A stretch of 64,000 nt of DNA from positions 10,330 to 74,329 of the forward strand of contig JADGNG010000070.1 of the NCBI GenBank assembly GCA_017883585.1, written 5' to 3'. This stretch comes from Candidatus Bathyarchaeota archaeon. GTDB taxonomy: Archaea; Thermoproteota; Bathyarchaeia; TCS64. Below the pieces are notes generated by a model. The model saw only the letters and a program-made list of their open reading frames with translations, ran no database searches and had not been told where the DNA came from. Made by a program: the position numbers and the translations under genes. Below, one piece after another: positions 45,829-54,398 of this stretch. Each line of letters opens with the position of its first letter. The first letter of the stretch is position 1.

Positions 45829-46272
45829 ATGCTGTACTTTTCATACGGTTCCTTCCTGGACTCGGAGATGCTTAGGAGGCACTGCCCCAAGGCAGTCTAC
45901 AAGGGTATGGCTATGCTCACAAACTGGGAAGTCCAGTTCAACATCATGAGCTGCACCTACAAGGGCGGCGTAACGGGGATCGAGCCCGCGGCGGCGAAGC
46001 TCGTCAGGCGGGTGCTCTACGAGGTGAACGATGATGAGATTCTTCACTTAGATTCTATCGAAGGCGTCCCCGATTGCATCTACTACAGGCAGACCATCTA
46101 CGTCGTCGACGAGTCGGGTAAGGCGGTGAAGGCGGCGACGTATTGGACGACGAACCCGAAGGGGCCATTCAAGCCCACGCAGTACCTTGGGCTCATGATC
46201 AGCGGAGCGAACGAGCACGGTCTTGACCCCGACTACGTCAAGGAGCTTGAGGTGGTCGAGACAATCGACTAG
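45829..46272 (+). CDS. gamma-glutamylcyclotransferase (GGCT/AIG2-like) family protein
   Basis: MLYFSYGSFLDSEMLRRHCP... and LYEVNDDEILHLDSIEG are typical of the GGCT fold (YGSxL motif). Confidence 0.75.
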   Translation: MLYFSYGSFLDSEMLRRHCPKAVYKGMAMLTNWEVQFNIMSCTYKGGVTGIEPAAAKLVRRVLYEVNDDEILHLDSIEGVPDCIYYRQTIYVVDESGKAVKAATYWTTNPKGPFKPTQYLGLMISGANEHGLDPDYVKELEVVETID

Positions 46273-46521
46273 CCCGTCTCGTTGTAATATCGGTTTTCTC
46301 GTTTCTTCGTCTCACGGGCGAGATATTTACTACCAAGTAACGGATAACCCGATAAATATGTGACAAATATCGTTCGCCCATTGTGCAAACATGGCAACCC
46401 GCAAGACGATGTTCATGGCGATCGCATACGCAGCAGGCGCCATAATTACAATCGTGATGATAATAGCAACATGCATACTGGGCGGTAGGCCTCCGGTAAT
46501 CTACCCGGGATAAGAAAAACC

Positions 46522-48123
46522 CTAAAGGCCCTTGTGATAAAGGATCTTCCCGTTCACGATCGTCATATAGACCTTCGCATCCCGGATGTTCTCCGGCTTT
46601 ATATCGGTCAGATCACGATCGATTACCGCCACGTCTGCGAGTTTCCCCGTCTCTATGCTCCCCTTGGTATCCTCTTCGAAGCTTGCGTAGGCACCGTTCA
46701 GAGTATAGCACCTGATTGCCTCGACCAGTTTGATCCGCGCGTCCTTTATACCGTGGTTCACTGCGCTCCATACACCGTAGATCGGGTGGAAGGGCATGCC
46801 GTCGCTTCCGAAGGCGATGGTTATCCCTTCGTCGATCATTATCCGGTAGGGGTTGTTGAGGCGGTTCCTCTCCTCTCCGAGGCGCTGCTCGTACATGCTC
46901 CCCGGCCCAGCCCACTCCCCGACGAAGTTCGGCTGCACCGCCGGGATGATCCCAAGCTCCTTGATGCGCTCGATCTGCCCCGCCGTAAGTATCTCGCAGT
47001 GTTCGATGCGATGGCGGTGATCCTTCCTCGGCGCGTCCTTTATCGCAGCCTGGATACTGTTGATGACGCACTCTATAGCATAGTCGCCGATAGCGTGGAT
47101 CGCGATCTGGTTACCGTGCCTATGCGCCGTCTTCGCCTTCTCGTCCAGCACCTCGGGCGGCATTATCAGCAGCCCCTTCGACGACGGCTCATCCGTGTAC
47201 GGCTCGAAGAGCGCCGCCGTCCTCGCACCGAGGCTCCCATCCATCATCAGCTTAGTCGGCCCGATCTTAATCATGTCGTTGCCGAAGCCGGTACGTATCC
47301 CGATCTCGTAGCTCTGCTCCTGGATGGTCTCGTTTAGGAAGAGGTAGGCGCGGACCTTCAAGTAGCCCTTGGCAAGAGCCGTCTGGTATGCCTTGAGGGC
47401 GTCCCCGCCGAGACCCGCGTCGCCGATGCTCGTGCAGCCGAGGCTCAGCGCGTACTCGGAGGCGATCTTCAGCCCCTCGACCGCCGTCTCCTCCGTGACT
47501 GTAGGAATGAAGGGCTCGATCAGGTGGCGACAATCCCTCAGGATGCCGGTAGGCTCTCCGTCAGAACCTATGTCGATCTTTCCCCCCTCGGGCTGTGGCG
47601 TCTCCCTAGTTATCCCCGCGATCTTGAGGGCTGGCGTGTTTAGAGTCAGAAGGTGGCCGCAGATACGCACGACCATTATAGGGTGCGTCTTGCTCACGGC
47701 GTCGAGGTCCTCCTTCGTCGGATACCGGTTCTCGGGCCACTTGGACTCGTCCCAGCCCTTACCGAGTATCCACTCCTCCTTCTTCGTCGTCTTCGCCTTC
47801 TCCTTCATCCGCGCCATTGCAGCTTCCAGTGTCGGCGGATCACGGAGCTGGACATCCCGAATCATCGAGATGCCCATCCCGTAGAAGTGGCAGTGGCTGT
47901 CGATGAACCCCGGCACGACCGTCATGCCGGTGACATCGTAGACCTCGGCTCCCATAGGGATCTCGATCTTCCCCTTCTTTCCCGCGGCTAGAATGTAGTC
48001 GCCTTGCATCAAAACGATGCTGTCTTTTATAGGTGGGCGGCCCGTTCCGTCGATTAGTGTGCCACCCGTCAAAACTCTTGGACAAGGTTCCAGGGACAAT
48101 ACTGTCGTTGGACTCCTATCCAT
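46522..48123 (-). CDS. amidohydrolase family protein (Amidohydro_3 type, D-aminoacylase/formamidase-like)
   Basis: 533 aa. GFIDSHCHF metal-binding motif, AIHAIGD, a HRIEHCE-type His, and a C-terminal GSIETGKLADVAVID. Confidence 0.85.
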   Translation of the reverse strand: MDRSPTTVLSLEPCPRVLTGGTLIDGTGRPPIKDSIVLMQGDYILAAGKKGKIEIPMGAEVYDVTGMTVVPGFIDSHCHFYGMGISMIRDVQLRDPPTLEAAMARMKEKAKTTKKEEWILGKGWDESKWPENRYPTKEDLDAVSKTHPIMVVRICGHLLTLNTPALKIAGITRETPQPEGGKIDIGSDGEPTGILRDCRHLIEPFIPTVTEETAVEGLKIASEYALSLGCTSIGDAGLGGDALKAYQTALAKGYLKVRAYLFLNETIQEQSYEIGIRTGFGNDMIKIGPTKLMMDGSLGARTAALFEPYTDEPSSKGLLIMPPEVLDEKAKTAHRHGNQIAIHAIGDYAIECVINSIQAAIKDAPRKDHRHRIEHCEILTAGQIERIKELGIIPAVQPNFVGEWAGPGSMYEQRLGEERNRLNNPYRIMIDEGITIAFGSDGMPFHPIYGVWSAVNHGIKDARIKLVEAIRCYTLNGAYASFEEDTKGSIETGKLADVAVIDRDLTDIKPENIRDAKVYMTIVNGKILYHKGL

Positions 48124-48137
48124 TAGCGCGCAGATCT

Positions 48138-48149
48138 TTAAATATAAAT
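48138..48149 (-). promoter_or_regulatory. TATA-box-like element for the amidohydrolase gene (near-leaderless)
   Basis: The minus strand reads GATTTATATTTAAAGATCTGCGCGCTA-ATG. The TTTATATTTAAA element is centred about 21 nt upstream of the start at 48123. Confidence 0.4.
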
Positions 48150-48196
48150 CATTGGAGGGAACCTCATTGATTTATCACTCGCGGAATATGGGATGT

Positions 48197-49075
48197 TTAC
48201 CTTGCACTCAGGTAGCCGCTCAGCATCAGGTTAAGTGTCTGCACGATCGCCACGATGACGAAGTCCTTCGAGAGCACCTTACCCAACTCAAGCAACCGAT
48301 TGATGTCCTGTGAACCCAGTATCTTCCTGCTCAACCAGAGGCGCAGGGAGACGAACGCAGCGAGCGCCAATAGAATGACATAGAAAACCATCGGGAGGTT
48401 GAACATTACACCAACTAGAAGCATCAGTGGGATGAGTGCGTAGCCTAGCACTATGGTCAGCAACATCCCTTTATGGGGTCCTAAGACTATGTGGACGGTC
48501 CTCGCGCCGCTCTTGAGATCGGGGACGTAGTCCGCCAGATCCTCCCAGAGGCTGTTCACTGCGGTAGTCGTCCCGATAACAGCGACAAGCACAAGAACAC
48601 TGGGGTAGGTTGCGCCGGCGAAGGCTGCGACGATGAACACCGGTACAGCGCCGACCGTGAAATTCACAACTGGTTTCAAGAGGGTCTGCCTGAGCCTGAA
48701 GGGCGGAGCGGAATAGAGCACACCGAAGAAGATGCCTACAACGACCCAGAAGACCACGTAGATCGACAATGAGAGTGCACCCAGCAGCGATGATAGGGCG
48801 CACAGCCCAAGAGCCACGGGTAAACCCAGCCCACCGAGCCTCCTCGTGAACTCCGCACGGGAGGGGTGGGAGACGACGTCGAGTTCTTTGTCGAAGACGT
48901 TGTTCAGGGCGTCGACACCGCTCCACCCGAGGAACACGATGACCCCTAGGTACGATGCCTGGTTCCACGCGCCCGAGTCAAGCATGAGGAAGGCAGCGCC
49001 GACGGCGATTGCGAAGACCATCACGCCCCGTTCCGCGGAAATGAAATTAGCGAACCCCCGCAATCCACGGAGCAT
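48197..49075 (-). CDS. UbiA family prenyltransferase
   Basis: 292 aa with about 8-9 TM segments. First Asp-rich motif NNVFDKELD (NxxxDxxxD) and a second acidic motif WEDLADYVPD. Confidence 0.85.
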   Translation of the reverse strand: MLRGLRGFANFISAERGVMVFAIAVGAAFLMLDSGAWNQASYLGVIVFLGWSGVDALNNVFDKELDVVSHPSRAEFTRRLGGLGLPVALGLCALSSLLGALSLSIYVVFWVVVGIFFGVLYSAPPFRLRQTLLKPVVNFTVGAVPVFIVAAFAGATYPSVLVLVAVIGTTTAVNSLWEDLADYVPDLKSGARTVHIVLGPHKGMLLTIVLGYALIPLMLLVGVMFNLPMVFYVILLALAAFVSLRLWLSRKILGSQDINRLLELGKVLSKDFVIVAIVQTLNLMLSGYLSAR

Positions 49076-49140
49076 ACAATCTGAACTTACCCTGCTGATT
49101 TAAAAACCATAGCAGGGGAACGATCCCGGCTGAGGGTATC

Positions 49141-50307
49141 TTAGCCGACTGTGACGATCCCCGTCGTGTACTTCTTTATCGCGGCCTCATTGAGCTCGAA
49201 CCCGAGACCCGGCCCCTTTGGTGCCTCAATGTAGCCCTTCTCGAGCTTCACCGGCTCCTTGATGATGTCCTCGTTGAACCACTCGGGGAATCCTGAGAGC
49301 TCGCACTTCTGGGTTATCGACTTGCTGCACCCTGCTATGATGTGGGAGGCGGCGGAGAGGCTAACGCCCATCTCGAGGTCGTCGTGCATGAGGGTGGGGA
49401 TGTTCATCACCCTCGCCATGTCGAGTATTCTCCTCACGTTGGTGATGCCGCCGGCGGGGCGGTAGGTCTTCAGCCCAAGGACCCCTATGGCGCCCATATC
49501 TATGAGGGTCTTCACGTCGGCCATGGAGAAGAGGGACTCGTGTGGCATAATGGGGGTGTCAACGGAACCCGCCACCTTTGCGAGGGTGGCGAAGTCCCAC
49601 CAGACGGTGGGCTGTTCAACAAGCTCAACGTCGAACTGTTCGATCTCCCTGATCATCTTGATTACATCTGTGGCGCCGTAGCCCTGGTTGCAGTCGACGC
49701 GTAGGGTCACGTCCTCGCCGATGGCCTCCCTCATCGCCTTGACGCAGGAGACGTCTCTTTTCGGCCCAATCTTGAGGCGAATACCAGTGTAACCCTCCTT
49801 GACGAGGCGCTTGCCCTCGGTAGCTACTTTCGCGGGAGTGTCGATGCCTATGAGGGCGACATTGGGTATCTTCGAGGCGTTTGAGCCTCCCCCGAGGAGC
49901 TTGAAGACGGGAACGTTCAGGCTCCTGCCCATGATGTCCCAGAGAGCCATGTCGATCGCGGCCTTCGCCATTGGGTAGGTCGGGGCCCAGTAGTCCATTT
50001 TCTCCCAGACGCCTTCGAGATCGAAAGGGTCCAAGCCCATGATGTTCGGGGCAATCCAACGCTTGATCATCTCCGTGACCACCGCCTGATTCTCAGGCGA
50101 GAGTGGGGGTAGCGGCGGGCACTCGCCCACACCTGAGATGCCGTCGTCCGTGTGGACACGGGCGAGGATGAACTCGAATGGCATCCCCTCACCCAGCTTT
50201 CCGTATCGAGAGAGGGCGAGAACCTTCTTCTTCTGCAGATTAATCGGTATAACCTCAATCTTCGTAATCTTCAAGCAGGAACACGACCGTATCCAATTCG
50301 GCTCCAC
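49141..50307 (-). CDS. enolase-superfamily enzyme, mandelate racemase/muconate lactonising (dipeptide epimerase-like)
   Basis: Capping domain ...HTDDGISGVGE. Barrel metal ligands in RVDCNQGY, VELVEQP and MHDD. The conserved N-terminus LKITKIEVIPI suggests a TTG start at about 50274. Confidence 0.85.
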   Translation of the reverse strand: MEPNWIRSCSCLKITKIEVIPINLQKKKVLALSRYGKLGEGMPFEFILARVHTDDGISGVGECPPLPPLSPENQAVVTEMIKRWIAPNIMGLDPFDLEGVWEKMDYWAPTYPMAKAAIDMALWDIMGRSLNVPVFKLLGGGSNASKIPNVALIGIDTPAKVATEGKRLVKEGYTGIRLKIGPKRDVSCVKAMREAIGEDVTLRVDCNQGYGATDVIKMIREIEQFDVELVEQPTVWWDFATLAKVAGSVDTPIMPHESLFSMADVKTLIDMGAIGVLGLKTYRPAGGITNVRRILDMARVMNIPTLMHDDLEMGVSLSAASHIIAGCSKSITQKCELSGFPEWFNEDIIKEPVKLEKGYIEAPKGPGLGFELNEAAIKKYTTGIVTVG

Positions 50308-50323
50308 CTATTGAAGAGGTTTT

Positions 50324-51028
50324 TCAGTTGGTAAGGTCGAGGAAGTTCTCTACGAGCAATTCTGCTAGGCACCTCATCTCGGGCTCCCGCTCCCTACACT
50401 CATCGAGAACCTGCCCACGAGTCTTTCCGACGGCTACAAGCTCCTCGGGGTATGCAGAGGCCCACCTTCCCGCCTCGACGTTGTTGATCTCTAGGTGAAA
50501 GATGACTCCTCTCACGTTCCTCCAGACGTATGCTTGAATGGGGCATGGGTCGCCTCGGGCGAGGAGCTTGCCCCCAGTCGGGACCTTGAACATGTCGCTG
50601 TGCCAGTGGAATACGGGCACCTCCCGGGGGAAGCCCCTAAAGACTGGGTCGGCGACGCCCTCATCAGTGAGCATGATATTGTAGAATCCGACCTCTTTCC
50701 TCGGGCTCCTCACCACCTCAGCTCCGAGCAGCCGAGCGAGCATCTGCCCGCCGCAGCACACCCCCAGCACAGGCTTGCCGCTTCCAACAATCCTTGAGAG
50801 GTATTCCCACTCCCTCGTCAGGAACCTGTGCTTGTTTACGTCGTTGGCGGAGATGGGTGTGGGGCCCACGACGAACGCCGAGTACGTCTCGGTCCCGGGG
50901 AAAGCCTCCTTGCCCATCGAGTAGGCGTGCACCACATCCACCTCTGTCCGCTCTCTGAGGAACTCCTCGTAGAGGCCGAGGTTCTCTGTGTTGTCGTTCT
51001 GGATGATGAGCACCCTACGGGGCTCCAT
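50324..51028 (-). CDS. class I glutamine amidotransferase-like protein
   Basis: Nucleophile elbow VLGVCCGGQML and a His in FHWHSD. 234 aa. Confidence 0.8.
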   Translation of the reverse strand: MEPRRVLIIQNDNTENLGLYEEFLRERTEVDVVHAYSMGKEAFPGTETYSAFVVGPTPISANDVNKHRFLTREWEYLSRIVGSGKPVLGVCCGGQMLARLLGAEVVRSPRKEVGFYNIMLTDEGVADPVFRGFPREVPVFHWHSDMFKVPTGGKLLARGDPCPIQAYVWRNVRGVIFHLEINNVEAGRWASAYPEELVAVGKTRGQVLDECREREPEMRCLAELLVENFLDLTN

Positions 51029-51108
51029 GTGGGTTTATCGCCGCCAAGGCTTAAAACGGGTTCGAAGGAAGGCAACCGATATGGGGAGGAGCCGCAGGAA
51101 ACTCAGCC

Positions 51109-52275
51109 ATGGATGCCCGCACCAAGATGTCCACATGGGCTGAGGTTGACCTCGACGCCCTCGCCCACAACATACGTGAGGTAAGACGCCTGACCGCCAA
51201 GGAGTCGTTGATCTTGGCGGCTGTGAAGGCGGACGCCTACGGCCACGGGGCGGTTGCATCCTCAAAGACATTCCTAGAGAACGGGGCGGATAGGCTCGGG
51301 GTCGCCAGGCTCAGGGAGGTTGTGGAGCCGAGGGACGCGGGTATCGAGGCGCCGATACTCAACCTGGGCTATACACCTGAGGCCCAGTTCGCGATACTCA
51401 TCGGGAGAGGCATCGCTGCGACCATATACACCCTCGATCAGGCTCAGACACTCGATGACGCCGCGGCGAGGCTCAACGCCAAAGCCGTCATTCACATCAA
51501 GATAGATACAGGGATGAACCGCCTCGGGTTCCAGCCCAACGAGGAGACCCTGAGGGCGTTAGCCAAGATCAGCGCCCTACCCAACGTGGAACTCGAGGGT
51601 ATCTACACCCACTTCACCGTCTCTGACATCGCCGACAAGACGTACACACGCCGACAGTTCGAGCTTTTCATGTTGGTCCTGAAGGAACTCGGGGCTAGGG
51701 GCATTGGGCCACCGATTAAGCATGTCTCTAACAGCGCTGCGATAATCGACCTCACAGAGTACGATCTCGACATGGTCCGTCCCGGAATCATGTTATACGG
51801 CTACGAGCCGGGCAGAGGGGTTGACCTCGGTCGGGTGAGTCTGAAACCCGCGATGGCGCTCAAGACGCGGATATCGAACGTGAAGGCTGTGCCTCGGGGG
51901 GCAGGGATCAGCTATGGCCTCACATACACTACGAAGCACCCGAGCATCATCGGCACACTCCCCGTCGGCTATGCGGACGGATACCGGAGGGGTCTATCAA
52001 ACAGGGGCTGGGCTGACTACCATGGCGAGAGGGCGCCCATCGTGGGGCGTGTCTGCATGGACCAGTGCATGATAGACTTGACAGACGCAGCCGGTGCTGA
52101 GATTGGCGACGAGGTCACTCTGTTTGGAAGCGGGTGCGCCCCGAGCGTCGAGGAGATCGCGAGGATGCTTGACACAATACCCCATGAGGTGACATGCGAT
52201 GTCGCCCGCCGCGTCCCACGTGTGTATCTCAAATCCAGCAGGGTCGTAGAAATACGCGATTACCTAGATGCATAA
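51109..52275 (+). CDS. alr: alanine racemase
   Basis: PLP-lysine motif AAVKADAYGHGA, a RPGIMLYGY region, and a C-terminal GRVCMDQCMIDL. Confidence 0.9.
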   Translation: MDARTKMSTWAEVDLDALAHNIREVRRLTAKESLILAAVKADAYGHGAVASSKTFLENGADRLGVARLREVVEPRDAGIEAPILNLGYTPEAQFAILIGRGIAATIYTLDQAQTLDDAAARLNAKAVIHIKIDTGMNRLGFQPNEETLRALAKISALPNVELEGIYTHFTVSDIADKTYTRRQFELFMLVLKELGARGIGPPIKHVSNSAAIIDLTEYDLDMVRPGIMLYGYEPGRGVDLGRVSLKPAMALKTRISNVKAVPRGAGISYGLTYTTKHPSIIGTLPVGYADGYRRGLSNRGWADYHGERAPIVGRVCMDQCMIDLTDAAGAEIGDEVTLFGSGCAPSVEEIARMLDTIPHEVTCDVARRVPRVYLKSSRVVEIRDYLDA

Positions 52276-52285
52276 GACACTCGTT

Positions 52286-52558
52286 TTAGCGTCTTCTTTC
52301 CCTAAGCCTCTCCTCGATGAAGAGCTCGACCCCGACGAATGGGGCTGGGTCGCTATGGGGCTTCACGGCGATGTACGGCGCCCTGACCGGGCCGAAGAAG
52401 TCGAAGACCACACCGACGCGCTTCCGCTTAGAGTCGTAGACGAAGTTGCCGATGCTCGCCTCCTCCCTCGCCCTGACAATCATCAGGCCCGTGCTCTTGG
52501 AGACGTGCATCACGGTGCCTATGCTGTGCGGCTTCTGGCGTTCCTCTTTAGGGGGCAC
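52286..52558 (-). CDS. gar1: H/ACA ribonucleoprotein complex subunit Gar1
   Basis: 90 aa. IGTVMHVSKSTGLMIVRA and VGVVFDFFGPVRAPYIAVKP match the archaeal Gar1 barrel. Confidence 0.8.
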   Translation of the reverse strand: MPPKEERQKPHSIGTVMHVSKSTGLMIVRAREEASIGNFVYDSKRKRVGVVFDFFGPVRAPYIAVKPHSDPAPFVGVELFIEERLRERRR

Positions 52559-52599
52559 GCGTTAAGCGTCGTGCGGGAGGCTTATAATCGTTAGGTGGC

Positions 52600-52866
52600 T
52601 CAACCGCCGCGTGGCAGCTTGGAGGCGATGAGCTTGAGAACCTTTGCCTTGGGCTCCTTTGCCTCAACTAGAACATATCCCGTCTTGATCCAGGGGTAAC
52701 GCGGGTGGGCTACTGAGGGTTGCAGCTCAGCCTTGAGCCCGACTGAGACCGCAGCCTTGACTATGTCCTCCGTCTTTGGCGCCCTGATCGCCATGGCCTT
52801 TGGTACGCGACGTCCCTCTCCCCAAGTAAGGGCAGAGTCAAAGTAGACGGGCCAGAGAACGATCAT
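52600..52866 (-). CDS. srp19: signal recognition particle protein SRP19
   Basis: MIVLWPVYFDSALTWGEGRRVPK is the conserved SRP19 N-terminus. I prefer internal Met33 of the tracked ORF (52600..52962) as the start. Confidence 0.85.
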   Translation of the reverse strand: MIVLWPVYFDSALTWGEGRRVPKAMAIRAPKTEDIVKAAVSVGLKAELQPSVAHPRYPWIKTGYVLVEAKEPKAKVLKLIASKLPRGG

Positions 52867-52973
52867 GCCCTTTGATCTCAAGTGGAGCACACCATAGCCC
52901 CCTTGGGGCGGTGTGGGTGAAAAAGGTTTACCCCCCACACACATCGACAAACGTGGTAACACCTTGTCACTGC

Positions 52974-52995
52974 GTGGTGTTCAAATGAACACCAC
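52974..52995. repeat. perfect 9-bp inverted repeat with 4-nt loop (hairpin)
   Basis: GTGGTGTTC-AAAT-GAACACCAC. It lies about 75 nt downstream of the PLD gene stop (minus strand) at the edge of the low-GC islet, so it could be a terminator or boundary element. Confidence 0.6.
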
Positions 52996-53070
52996 CGATG
53001 ATAAATCCGGTTGTTACACCTGAATTATTGGAAGGTGCCTCGCCGTGAGTGTGATTCTTGCGCGCGCGCA

Positions 53071-53811
53071 TCATTTAAAGTCCTGTATATATTTTGTAGC
53101 CGAGTCCACCACGCTCTCATCTATCGAGACAATGCCGGCTTCATGAGAAGCCCCGGCAGAAGAACCAGGGTAGAAGTTCATTGAAGAGACAACCGCGACC
53201 TTATCATCAACGATAATGATTTTGGAGTGTATTCGACTATTTATAAGGACGTTTATACCTGCTCCCTTCAGCTCTTTCTGGCAGTCCGTTCTCTTATTGC
53301 TCCCGGATTCGGGGCGTAACACAATTTTAATTTCTATTCCGTCCCCTGCACGCTTTACAAGGTTATCGGTCAAGGAGCAGTGTTCAACATATGGATTTGT
53401 GAGAAGAATCGTTTTTTCAGCGGCGTTGATTATGCCGTTAGTGAAATCTTCTAAATCGTTTCCTTTCAGGAAGAAGTGCCTATTCACGTAAGAGAGTTCA
53501 AGTCCTTTTCTAGACTTCCTCCAATCATCAATCCACCTGTTGAAGTCCTTTTCCCCAGTTATTGATCTCTCTTTGACCCTCTTAGAGACCCCCTTCAATA
53601 CCTTATGAGCCCCAGAGATAACATCTTGAATGTTTAATTCTTCTTCAGTTTCCTCTGATCTAGGAGAAACGCCATGAGCCGCTTTGATGCTGTGCGATAC
53701 ATTAGCGCTCTTCTGGCAGGTCCTACAGAGTGGTCGGCCATAGTACTTTTTAGAATATTCTAATTCCGCTTGTGTAATTGACCGATTACACTCATTACAA
53801 TAGTATCCCAT
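53071..53811 (-). CDS. zinc-ribbon + phospholipase D-like (single HKD, Nuc-type) nuclease-family protein
   Basis: N-terminal CNEC...CRTC zinc ribbon. C-terminal HKD motif RIHSKIIIVDDKVAVVSSMNF. Visibly AT-rich codon usage. Confidence 0.75.
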   Translation of the reverse strand: MGYYCNECNRSITQAELEYSKKYYGRPLCRTCQKSANVSHSIKAAHGVSPRSEETEEELNIQDVISGAHKVLKGVSKRVKERSITGEKDFNRWIDDWRKSRKGLELSYVNRHFFLKGNDLEDFTNGIINAAEKTILLTNPYVEHCSLTDNLVKRAGDGIEIKIVLRPESGSNKRTDCQKELKGAGINVLINSRIHSKIIIVDDKVAVVSSMNFYPGSSAGASHEAGIVSIDESVVDSATKYIQDFK

Positions 53812-54194
53812 ACTTTCAAGTTTTACACTCTATACAATATAAGTTCTCAGTATTGTTAATTCATCGTGCGCATGGGCATTCACCCCTTTGGTCCAAGCTG
53901 CTCCTGAATATGGCGCGCCTCCTATACTTAGATGGAGTTTCACGGTTCTCCTAGCAATTATAGCACGCATAAATGTCGTGGGGCCTCACAGCCTCATCCC
54001 CGCTCCGCCCCCGACCTTATGCGCCAATATCACCGCCCTTACATCAAGGAGCTCAGGGTGAGAGTAAACCCAACCTCAAGGCTTCAAAGCTAATTTCAGT
54101 CTCTTAAAACCTAGGCACATCAAAGGAGGCAGTTGAGTGAATGTCTCGCTATACTGTAAATTATGTATAAGCCCTCCATTTTCCTTTTATTTAA

Positions 54195-54398
54195 TTGCGA
54201 ACCCTTTCAAATGTTTCCAATATGGGCGCACCCACACAAATAAGAAAATGCCCAAGATGCAGAAACGAGGTAGTTGAAGATGATAAATACTGTCTTAAAT
54301 GTGGATATAATCTATCTGCAAGGAAAGAAAGATTACAAAGAGCGCGCGCAACTCTCAACACCTTACATCTGCTGAGAATCGGCTTACAAGATATATAA
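54195..54398 (+). CDS. small zinc-ribbon protein (hypothetical)
   Basis: KCPRCRNEVVEDDKYCLKCGYNL (two CxxC pairs). The likely start is ATG 54221 (MGAPTQIRK). It lies in the low-GC islet. Confidence 0.35.
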   Translation: MRTLSNVSNMGAPTQIRKCPRCRNEVVEDDKYCLKCGYNLSARKERLQRARATLNTLHLLRIGLQDI

